DNA from: Raillietiella orientalis
Lineage: Eukaryota
NCBI GenBank assembly: GCA_036172245.1
Contig: JAYWIR010000042.1
Location: 62,001 to 126,000, forward strand
Reading direction: 5' to 3'
DNA length: 64,000 bases
Shown: positions 25,815 to 37,800 of the stretch, piece by piece
How the letters are laid out: each line of letters starts with the position of its first letter
How positions within the stretch are numbered: the stretch's first letter is position 1
Made by a program: the position numbers and the translations under genes
Notes under the pieces: generated by a model
Told to the model about the DNA's origin: nothing
The model's input: only the letters and a program-made list of their open reading frames with translations
Databases searched by the model: none

Positions 25815-28800
25815 CTTCTTTTTTCTTTTTTTGTCCCCCCCCCGCCTCCCTGATACAAATCCTAACGATATCGATCCCCTTTCGCCTCCCGTTGCTTACG
25901 CGACCGCCGGATGAGAACAGTGTTGCTCCGGGCGAAGCCGCGGCGTTCATTAAAAATTCCAATATTCCGGTCCACGGACGCAGCGTCCCGCCAGACTCCG
26001 GGTCGCGCACCGCGTCGATACTCTGATTAACGGCCGTTTAAAAATCAAAAAGATTTTGAGGAACCAGAGCGCTGGATTAATGAAAACCGGGAGTCATCCA
26101 GGGATGCTCTTGTTCGTCGCGTGGGTGCCCGGAAAGAGGGAAGACGCGAGCTGCCGAACGATGGAGCACCCTTCACCTTGTCGCGCGGGATGGGGACCGT
26201 GGGCGCCTCGGCAGCACTCTTCTCCCCTGGAACTGACGTCAGCGGGAGCGCCGCAGAAACGGACCACCATTTTTTGCCTTTTCTTCCCTCTTTCCACTTC
26301 CTCGTCCTCTTCCCTCACTCTAGGCTTGCCTATTCCTGATGGGAAGGGAATCATCCGAGGGAGAATGCACGCCCTCCCATTCCTGATAGGGCGGGAATCA
26401 ACCGAGGGAGAATGCACGCCCTCCCATTCCTGATGGGGAGGGAATCAACCGAGGGAGAGGCTATGTCCGCCTATTCCTGATGGGGAGGGAATCAACCGAG
26501 GGAGAAGCGCAGTAAAGAGAGATTTTCTTCGGTATCCGGAAGCGCTCGTCGCAGCCAGATGGAAACCCGCGTGCACTCTGATCCTCGTAATTTAACGGCA
26601 GCTGAAGCCTCGGGATAATTGTTCAATCTGAATATCCCCGGATAAACCTGTGTGCCTCCAGTTTCCTGACCCGCGTACCAACTGCCTGAGAGCTTCCGCA
26701 ACGCATCCACCCAAACGGAAGGAGGGCGGAGGGGGTTCCGCGAAAAGACAAAGGGACAGCAAAAAGCAAAGCAACAGGGAAATGAATTTTCCTTAAAACG
26801 AAAGAATCCCTGAGGTCCAGTGGGTGGATCCTGTTTGGGCCGCGACGACTCTAGGTTTGCGCCCGCGCGTCTCCCAGAGTCTTCTTCCCCCTCTTCCTTG
26901 TTTTCTTCTCCTGTAATTCCTTTCAGGAACTTCAAATGCGCTCCGCGTGGATCCCGTTCTCATTTGGGATTTTCCTCTGGGCTGGCACCTGGCCCTGCGC
27001 TCGTTCACTGCGGGGGACGCTGCTGGGAGCGCGGCCCGTCCTCCGTGCCTTGACGACCGCGTGAAGGGCAGATCCTGCTGCCTCAGGATCCCTGCTGAAT
27101 CCATTACAAGCACTCTCCCGGGTGCGCGCGCCCAGGGGCAGAGTGAGGTCATATCCTCCCGGCCGCAGTTGCGACGAGCGCCCGAGGGAAGCTGCGCGAT
27201 CTGGCTGGCTGGCCGTCACGCAGGCTCGGCGGTGGGTACTGCCGGTGCGAACACGAGTGTTCCTTTCGACGCCCGTGTTCGGTTCGGCCGGGAAGGATGC
27301 CCCGTGTCGTCGCCCGTCCCACCAGGACTTGTCTCGACTCCTTCCCAGAGCGTCTTCTCGAGATGACTTTGCCCGCGCTGATGGTCGTGTGGCTGCGGTC
27401 TCCGCGCGCGTGGTACCAAGCGTTTGAGGGTTCGAATCCCACCCAGGAGTGGGACGGCTCCGAGAAACGGGTGGGTCGTGGGCTGCGATCCCTCCTTGAA
27501 GAATGACGCTTGCTGGCCTGCAGGCTCCCGGTGAGGCACTGATGGAACCCGGAAACCCACGGATGCCCCTGCTGAGTAGGCAGGATTGGGAGTCGACCCT
27601 CCGGGGTTCTTCCGGAACATCAAGGTGCTCCTTGAGGTTTCCTTCCAGTTGTGAGGATGGAACTTCCCTCCTGAGGGGGGGGGGGGTGGACCTTCCAGCT
27701 CGTGCCATGGAGCTCGTGGACTGATACCTCGCCATAGTGCCCAAGAAGTGCGCCGCACCCTTCGAGGAGATCCTTCAGAGAAACCAGGAAGCCTCCCCTC
27801 GGGGTTCTCTTCAGAAGAGGACGAAACAGGGAGCGGATCCTTTCCATGGGGATTCTCCGGAGAGAATAAGGGAGAGGCAACCGCCTCTCCCTCTCCCTCT
27901 CCCTTATGAAGAACTCCTTCGGGTTCTCAAATGTGAGAGGAACGCCTCCTTCCTCCAGAGCCTTCCTGAATGCATAGGTGATTCCTCCGAAAGTCGAGGA
28001 GCCGGGAGAATTACCTTATATTCTACAACTTGAAGAGTGATTCGCACCCTCCGGCGACGTGGGCGGTGTTACAGAGCTCAGCGTGCTCCCCTAAGGGAGC
28101 CAGCTGTTCTGTTGCGAACCAAAAATAAAAATAAAACAAAGGCTGGAGGGAGGAGCAGGGAGAGCAGAAAAGAACCGGAAAAACATCTACCATCATCGCC
28201 TTTGTGAGAACGTTTCGCGAGTCTCTTCCCACGCCGACCTCCGCGAAGATGCGCGCGGGACGGGGCCAAAGAGTCCCTTTCCTTCCTCTCCTCCTCTTCC
28301 CGGACTCCGGCATCCTCGCCACGGCCCACTCCCTCCTGCAGAAGCTGCTCCTCGAAGACGTGCGCGCTCCCGCCTCGAGTTCCAGACCTCACGCTGCCTG
28401 GGAGGTGCCCCCTTCCAGAGCCGAAGAAGCATCTGGTTTTCACCGCGGCGGCGCCACTGCATGCACTCGGATGAACCCGCCAAGTAGCAGAAGGCATAAG
28501 GGACGAAAATCAAGCCGCGGAAAGGGCGGCTCTTTCGGCTGGAGGATGGGGGGTGGAGTGGTCCAGAAAGGTAGGCTGGTGGCAGTCCAGATGAAGTCTG
28601 TAGGCATGGGAATCCGTACGCCCCGCAAGCTGCTGTCGGGATGCGCTACGTACTAGTATGTTCCCGACTGCGGGTAGTGGCAACCTTGTACAATTTGAAA
28701 GTCTGCACGAATTTTGTACACGAAGGCTTAAGCCATTTCCTGTCAGCCTCATCCTACTTCTTCATTATTCCCGTCCCCCAGTGTTTTGATGGGCAGGCAG

Positions 28801-31800
28801 GATTGTTGTATCGACTGACCTGGGACTCCTGATGGCGTTCCAGGTCTTCGGAGCGTGTGCACGTGCCCCAGACAGCTCGAAGGAACGTCCAACCACCCCC
28901 TTTGCCAGCGACGCTCTGGAGAGCTTGTTGGGAGGTCGCGCGAATTCGCACCAGCTCTGAGGAATGGGGAAGTCATCGCGAGATCGGGCGAAGACTGTGG
29001 AGAGTGAGGTCGTCCGAGACCGCCGCTTCCGGGACGCACAACGGTGTCGCGAGGAAGAGAGAGGTGCTCCGGAGGGAGAACTCGAGACCTCGAGAGAACG
29101 AAGAGAGCCGGTAAGCAGAACGCTCGCCCGAATCCTTCCTACCCGACGGCAGGTTGGCGCGCGTAGTAGAACTTCCGGGGAGACGAGAAACTTCGGAGGC
29201 TGCTGGGAGCGTTTGGCCCACCCTACCCAGCAAGGAGTAAGCCCTACGCCACCTCCTTCCCGCCGAGCATGCGGTGGCTCCTCGCCAGGATCTCCTTCGC
29301 TGCTCTCCCAGCTCCGAGAGAGACCTCCCGGATAAATGGCACCTCCTGAGGGAACGAGTCAGCCGGGTAATTCCAGGTGCTCCCAGAGGGAAGACCGCTA
29401 TTTTGTTTTTTGTTTTCATTTTACAAACTTCACTGTCCGCTCCAAGAGCACCGCCGTATTCCTTGCAAAAGGGCGCTTAAAAGGTTATGGAGGACGCGTG
29501 GTCATCCATTGCTCCCCCGGAGCCGATTTGACCGCTCGGCCTCAGCAGTAGCAGCAGCTTTTCACTTGCTTCGTTCGCTTGCCATCTGGATGCCAGAGGC
29601 GATGTTTCCTTCCGCTTCCCCTGGGAGGCGGCTCCAATCTTCCGCGGGCCCAGGAGCCTCCGGCACCTGGTCCGGCGAGGCTCCAGTCAGGAGGCGGAAG
29701 TCCGCGCTTGTCATCGTCACCCGCTCCCTTCTTCCGGGATCACTTTCCCCCGACCTCGTCTTCGCACGAGAAGTTCATCCTGACGTCTCTTCACCGTGGC
29801 TCAGGGTCTCTCGGTGACAGCGAAGCTTTCTTCGCCAGAGGCGTTCATGTCGGACGCTGGCGCGTGCGGCTTCCCGCCTTCCGTCGGTCACGTCCGAGGG
29901 GCGGCAGGGAAGCTTCGCTCCGTTCAGGAGAAGGCCCGGAGCATCCTCCTGGGCGGAGCAGAGAGGTCACCCGCGGGACGAGATGCCGCAGGCGTGGGGA
30001 GAGGTATGAGCAGTGGAGGAAACTTCCTGCTCTGCGGAACCCGACATCTTCCGAGAGCAGGAAGGGAAGCCAGAAAGGACCAGTTTCACGAGGGAATGCC
30101 GAATGCCACCGCAGGAGGAAGGAGTGGGTAAGGTGGATATGGGGGCTGCGTGCGTCCTCGTCTCTCCTGGACCAAGGAAGCAGACGCGGGGAGCCTATCT
30201 CAGCGCCGTGCTGGCTTCCGCGTGGGAATTCGGGTCATGCATGCCGGAGGACCGAACACTGGTACAAACAGCTCAGGCTCGATCCTTCTCTGCTTGGCCA
30301 TGAGGAGTCATGAACGGCACAAAGCGTCAGGGACGGTGCCCAATTTTCCTAACGGGACTATCCTGCGGAGCCGCAACCCCAAACGCAACGGGCGGCATCC
30401 CCCGGGGGGTGGTCGCGTGGAGAGACGGAGTCAAGCAGTACGCTTCCGTGGGGGCTGTCGGTGGTGACGTGCAGCCGCGGGCAGGGTGCTCTCGAGGAAG
30501 CACCGGGTACTCACTCGAGGGAAGGACATGTCTCGCCAGCGGGAACCCGAAGAGCCCAGAAGCGGGCCAAGGACGCTCCTCCAAAGGGTGCAAGGTCAGC
30601 AGCGGGAAGGTCTACGGGTCTCTCGGAACTCGGACGGGTGAGCAGATTCATCGATGGCGAAAAACTGCCTCCCTCAACCAAATGTATGACTTTGTTGATG
30701 CTTTGCGACACGAGGAAGGTCGGAACGCTCCTTGTGACAAGGTCGGGTGAACAATCGCAACTCGGCTGGTGCGCACGTGATTGATGCTGTCCTTCCCGAC
30801 GCTCAGCTGTTGTTTTTCTAAGTTCTCCAAGTACTGAAGAGCCGTTTGCCGCCTTAGGGGGTGGGACTTACGAAGTTCCTTGACACTGTTCACGCCACAC
30901 GAGGGTGCGTGTGACCCTTCAAGTAAAAGGGAGTGATCCTGGGAGGGCACCACCCTATGAATCCGACATCGATGCTCCTGGAGTATGGGAACCCCCGTAG
31001 GGACGCTTGGTGACACGTGAAGAGGTCGGAGCCGCGCGGCTGCCGATGCGGGCGTTGGTCAGGTCTCTGCGGCGGAGCGCGCTCATGCGAGGCATTTCCC
31101 TCCCCATCACCGAGCTCCAGCTGCATGCGAAGCGGTACAGGTAGGGAACGCACGTCCACTGTTAAACGCATCACCGTCCCTTCTCTGGGACCCGGAAGTG
31201 AAGAAGTGCTGCAAGATGTAGGAATTCCGAAGGAGCAGTTGGTGACGATGAGGCACCGGATGATGGCCCCGTGAATCCGGTGCTCTAGCGACATCCATGC
31301 AGGCCACGTCGCACGGACAGGCGGCAGCCAGCCGGAGATCCCCAGACGTCAGTTCTTCCCTTGCGGAAGACGGGAAGCGGAGGAAGCAGCACGATGAGGG
31401 ACGACAAGCGCCCCGGATGAGCAGGGGAAAATGCGGAAGAATGTTCGGAGCTCCCCGTGAATCATGGCACCTCTCATCTGGACCGCCCCCCTCTCACCGC
31501 CTCGTCCCGACGGTTGTCAGCGAACCGACCTCCGCATCCCTCAAGTCGAGCTGCCGCGAATCAAAGGACTCGCGCGCTTCGAACGCGCGCCAGACCCAAG
31601 TGGATGACGGGTGCTCCGGTCCAGCGCTGTATCAAAGGCAGAAACTTAGAGTGGCAAATCCCTGCGAACGCGTTTGCCTCTCTTCCCCTCTCCCGAGTCA
31701 GAGATGGTTTTTCCGTGAATGCAGTTTGTCTGCGCTCGCAGTACTTTCGTGTGCGACGAAGCACATTTCGTTCGCTGTCCCCGGAATTAGGAAAGCAAGA

Positions 31801-34800
31801 TGATTAATGCCCCGTCTCCTTTTGTCTTCTAGACGTTAAGGAAACGAAAGGACATCGGCGCACCGAAGTTTGAAAATAGAAAAACGTCTCCCGTCGTCCT
31901 TCTCCGATGACAAAGGAAGGGGGAGGGGGGCAGAAGTGATATCGCACTGAGATTCGCCACTTCGCGGTGTTTGCGATGACGGTGCAACTCGGCGCGGACC
32001 CGAGAAGAAGGATGTGGCGAACGCGGTCGGATGCCGACGGATGCTTCCAGCCGCTTCGCTGCCTCTCAAGGCATCTCGCGGGGCGCGATCTCATCCGTCC
32101 TCACCTGCATAATTGAGCGCGCAGCGAGGTTGCGTGTTCTGCACTTGCGGCGAGCGCGGAACACGCAAGCTCACGCCCCAGCGCTCAAGAGCCATTTTGA
32201 AAAGTGTTCCTTGCAATAATGATGATGCGAGGTCGCAGGGAATGCATACAAGGAACCAGGAAAGGCCAAACTTCCCCGGTTCAATCCGCACACCGTGGTC
32301 GGTGGTGTTCGAGACCCATTTTCGTCCCTGAATGTGCGAGCCCACTTTTTGAACTGGTGGGAAATGCCAATCGATTTTGATTTTCCCCAGGTCGTCTTCT
32401 GGAATCGCCAGTCCTCCTGAAGTGCCACGTCGTGCGCTGCCGTAAACAGCAGGGAAAAATGTGCCACACGCATTCATTGCGAACGGCACGGAATAAAAGG
32501 TTCCCCCCGCGCCTACGCGAGCAAGGAAACTACGTGAAGACACACCCAATCTTTTAGATAGCTATCGCAGTCTATGTCCATAAGCCCACAGCACTTCGCT
32601 CTCTCCGCAGGCTCATCATCGTCGGACACACGGATTCTTATTAGGAGCATCTCTTAACCACAAGGCGAGTTCTTCCGACTTACCCTCCAGAGCAGTGCGG
32701 CACAAGTGGCGACGGATCTTTCCTTCGGCTAAGCAGTCCCACCTTTGGAACCCAGATGTCGCGTGTATGGCGCAAGCACAATGAGCATCAGAGCAGTTTG
32801 AGCTTGACCTGGTTGTCCGATCATGACCCTACTTTATGCAGTCGTTAGGCAAAATCTTCCAGCGGAAGACACCCCAAGGATCTGTGAGCAGATCTTTCTC
32901 TTCGATGACAAGCACGAAAACCTCATGAAATCTGGAGCGTCAAAGACGAGCTAAACGGCAGGTGCGCTGGAGGTCACACATGCGCTTCAGTATAAAAAAA
33001 AAAAAAAAGGTTGTCAAAGGAGACTGTGGTGCATGATGGACCGATGCTCGTGTCTTGCCTTTGTGTGCCACGTGGCAAAACAGCCATTCAAGTAAAGGGC
33101 TCGCGTCTTGGAGTAGTTCGTAAGAGGGAGGACGGCATTGGGCTTGTCTGGAGCATTCGCCCAGCATTCCGTCATCCTCACAATCGCACAGATAAAGAAA
33201 CGCACTCACTGAACACATCAAGGCAGCCTATTTGGCTTTTCAGCTTGCTCGTGTTGATTTGACACATGTAGCATCCCTTATCTTCTACTTTCGTTTGACG
33301 TATGTGCAGTTTCCACATTCGATATTCGTCATGTATAATTGAAATACGAGTTGCGTCACTCACCACTTTGCTTCCCATCGACAAAATGGTTTGGGTCTCC
33401 ACTTTGATCCAGCCAACCTGAAAGTAAACGTGGAGCTGCAGAGATGTTCAAAGAGGTTTTCGGAATCGATATGACAAGAGTTGGCAACTCACAACAGCCT
33501 AAATCATTCGTTTTTTTTTTTTGTTTTGTTTTGTTTTGTTTTTCCTGATTGCACAGGGTTGCCCGCCAATGCTGCTGGGAAGTTCGAGATGAGTCAGTGA
33601 ACCTCTGTGAAAGCAAGCAGCGTGCTCACGTAAAAGAAAACTGATTTATTGGATGTTACACAGAACTCGCGCTTAAAGACAGGACACGGGCGTTTGGACC
33701 AACTGCGCATCTCCCATCGGAATCTCTCCGTAAATCCTTGGAAGGAAATGCGTTTTCTTTACGAGACCTCACGATGAGAACTCCTAAGCAAGTGACTTAT
33801 GAGACTCAGCATTTGCGCCTCAGCGTCACCACACCGACGCCCATCTCGAAGCCAGAAGACGCTTGAACTTCGACCGCGGCTCTGCGAATGAAAAGAAACG
33901 AAGGTCCACGTGGAGTGCTTGCAACCAGCGGCGGCAGTTCTCCTTCAAGGCAAATGCTGTGTGCTGATGGCGATCGCCTTAAAGGAAGTGCGTGTTCGGA
34001 CATCCAGTTTGGACAGCGTTATGAGAGGCATCTCGAAAGCCTACTCTTATCGAGAATTCATTGCGTAGCTTTGTCGCATCTCTGTTTCAAACGCGTCCCT
34101 CTAATGAAGACCCTACAAAAAATAAAATAAAATGAAATAAAAGGCAACCCCATTTGACAGGAGAGGGGACATTGCATAAATCGAGTAAATCCTGTAGCAT
34201 TCGAATCCGCTGGATGTGACACGCGGAGGAAATATGAACCGATCGGTTTTAGATTCCAGCGCTTACTTTAAGCTGGGAGTCCGCTCCCCCGAATACGAGA
34301 CGGCTTTGCAAAGAGCAGAGTCAGTTGTGCGCAAGCACGCGGCGGAAGCGAGCGCGAAAGTCCTTCCGACATCCCCCTCAGGGAAGGGTGAAGATGCTCT
34401 TCGAGGAAGTGATCAGCTGTTGAGCGCAGCATATTTTTCAGAGTCGATTGTCTTCGATTTCTCAGCAATCTTCTTCAAGTGTCATTGCCTATTACAGCCA
34501 CCCGACTCCCTCAGAACTAGGATGTACCATAACGAAGATGTATGGCCCTCCATCCATAGAGCAACTATCGTTATAAACCCGCAACTTTTTCAAGATCTCG
34601 TTTTAGAAGTGATTTGTTCCTGAGTAAGGAACAAATCACGTCGCTACAGGCATCTGCCTTGGTAAGTCATCGAAGATCGAAGATGAGAACATGGGAGACG
34701 CGCACCGTGGCTCCAGGCAAACGGTTGTGGACGTATTTTGCGTTGCCGTGACTCCGGATTTTTCCACGTCCAATCCTTTTTCTCCTCCTCCTGACTACTT

Positions 34801-37800
34801 TGAATACCCAGATTTACTCTGAGCTCAACCCACCTGATGGGAAAATTAAATTTTATGAATACGGGAAATCATGACTCCAGGCACTTCAAGATGGGGGGAA
34901 AGGAGGGAAAAAACTGCAACGGTATCGCAAGAATAAATCAACAAATCACTTGCGAATCTTGGCGGGATCAGAATCATGCGGGTATGTCGCTTCTGCGGCT
35001 ACTGCTGTCCCCCCCCTCCCAAAAAAAAAAAAAAAAAAAGAAAGAAACCTCTCCTGCTCTTGCTCCACAGGGAAGCAGTGAGATTGCGCCTTTCCAGACA
35101 AATCACCAGGACTACGTTGTTATCTTTACAGCTTTTCGGATTCATAGATTTTTTGATCTGAAGCGTGTTTCAGGAAGTTACTTTACTGCCTCGTGAAAAT
35201 ACCGTCAGGAAAGAAGGAAGCCAGATAAATGCTCGAACATCCAAGATAATTTGAGATTGACACCGCTTCTGGATCGATCTTGTGCACGCGAGCATCCACG
35301 CTAGGTGTACCTTCGAATCTGTAGAGTGTCCTCACTAAGAAAAAAAGACTCCACCCAATTTAGGGTTGGTTACGACCAGCAGCTGTTCTTCAGCTGCTCT
35401 TTCTCCGCAAGACCAAAAAGTTCCCCATTAGGGAGGAAACAACCGCAAAGAAGGCTGCATGGAAACAGCGAAAAGGGCTGCCAGGGTTATCTGGGTGGGA
35501 TGACGAACAGAGTGTGCCATTTTATGGGTAAAATGGAAAGTACTCCGCCTGTGAACTAAAGGATTCTTTACGAAGCGGTGGATAAGCTTCCTTCTGGAGA
35601 ATTCTTGTGTGCTGTCTTCCCGAAAGGGATCGAGTCAAGGATTTACAGTGGCGCGCTCACGGAAATCAGAGAATTTTCTTCTGGCTTGCCTCTCCGGACG
35701 AGGCGAGAAATTGTTTTCGAAGTGCTTCGCAGTGCCTTCGGAACATCAGCAGATGTGATTTCCGACGGACAGTACTTCATACCCTTCCTTGCCAGGGAAG
35801 CTGGCAACACTGAGTACACGCAAAACCGAGCCCATAGACAGTCGCGTACTTTGGAGAATCCGCTTCGATCGAAAGTTGGCTTCCAGAGGGTCCTCAAGCA
35901 TCGCAAAGCAAAATGGCTTTCCTTTGTCGAGGGAGCTCCAAAATTCGCAAAGATCCCTCTGTCCTCTCAGGCGGTCCGGGAGACGAGAAAACCTATTCGA
36001 AAGAACGTTCGAGGGAAAAAAGGCAGCTGCCGGAGTTCGGGAACTTCGGAACAGACCCGGTTTTCCCTGCCACCGAGCTGCCGAGTGGAACCCGTCGTGA
36101 GTTCCTCCCGTTGTGAGCTTCACTTCCGTGACGCCGGATCGAAGCCACGACGGGAGTGCCGGCAGCAACAACAGGGAAGGCTTCCCTTCCCCGGAGTGTG
36201 TGTGCACGTCGGTATTAACCACTTATGCATTATGCATACTTGAAGGTGGCGCCTCGGCGATAAGAAATTCCGAAGCGAGGAGGTACGAAGCAACAAAAGA
36301 ATGAATAAACGCGCGCATTCATTCCGGAAAGAAGAAAGCAAGCCCTCCCGAAGATGTAAAAAGCGAGGCTGCAGAGCAATGAAAATCATATGCAGCATTT
36401 ATTCGGCTTCTCCCTAGGAATTCATTGGATCCTTGATTCATTGAATCATTCTTTTGCTTATCTTCCTTGCTTTGCATTTTCTATTGACCATCACCGTTCC
36501 TGCTCTCGGATACCAAGGGCCAAACACTGCCTCGGACTATCATCACCGCTGGAGGAATCAGATCTCCAATAGGAAAGATGCTTTCGAGGAGGATGGAATT
36601 CTGAACCGCCGGAGCATTTTCCGTTTCCAGGGTCTTGTAGCTTTCCTGATCTGATCACGGGAACAGCGCGTGGGCTAAGAAATATCCCAGGCTCTTAGCT
36701 GAAGAATGTAAGAGAAAGAGAGGAGAGAGAGAGGTAAGAGGAATGGAGAGTAAGAGGTATTCCAAGATCACAATAATGATCGGGCGGGTGCATCCTGTTT
36801 CGATCAGCAGTCCTGGACACTCTTCTCTTCTTCCCTTTGCGCGTAGCTTCATTCTCTCCATTGATCCATTGAAAAATGATGAGGGTTCCTCCCCTCCCTC
36901 TCCCCATCTTCTATTCCAGCTACAGATGCCAGCTTGCGCGCATGAAACCCGTCCTGTCCTCTGGTTCAAAAACGCCAATCGAAGAAGCATCTCGAAATTC
37001 CTGGGAGGAATCTCTGTGGTCTTCCTCTCCTGTTTCATCTGCTGTGTAGGAGGTTGGTTTACCATGATTCCATTTAGAGGTTTCATGGAGAGCCGAAGGG
37101 CGTTTTGATCTTCCTCGAAAAGGCAAAATCCTCCTCGATCCTGAACGCAAAACCAGAGATACTGGAACCTTCGCATCCCGTCGAGTGCAGTGGGACGTAA
37201 GAGTCTCAAAATCAACCAACGAATACTCTCAGTATCGGTAGAAACCGAGCACTTTTGTTCTTGCGATCACTTTCTCAACTGTAGTCTTTGCCTTTAGGCC
37301 GAGATGGCTGGAAGACAAACCATTTGAACTCTGAAGGACTGAAAAGCTCTTAAATCAACCGCGTGATGGCACCAGATAGAGGCATCAAACAATCTTCGAG
37401 AAGCTCTGCAGAAGGCAATCCAGGAAACGTGCCACCTTCCTCCGGCATCCTTCCCGTAGGAATGTGCAGCAAGAAAACAGAGCAGCCTAATAGGAAAAGA
37501 AAGAGTTGAAGAGGGGACTCGCGGAGATGAGCAGGTCTCATCCGATGCGACGGATGCACACCAAAGTTCCTGCAAGGCGAGCTGGAAAATCAGAGAACCA
37601 ACCACCTGAGACGAATTCACTTTTCCGTCTGCAATCTCGTTTCGCGCAAGCCCTTTGTCCTCGTCCTCGAGGTGGAGCTCGAATCCGTCCGAGCGATCAA
37701 CAAGGAAAGACTGGACGACCCCACCTGCCGCGAATACCTCGGGCTCTCATGCTGCCCGCTCTACTGGCAGATCCACCAGAAATGCACGAACCGAAATGTG

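Noticed and set aside
26328..26506. CRISPR-like repeat/spacer array
   Set aside because: Eukaryotic intron, 14-bp linkers of which two are identical, and no cas genes; it is a minisatellite.
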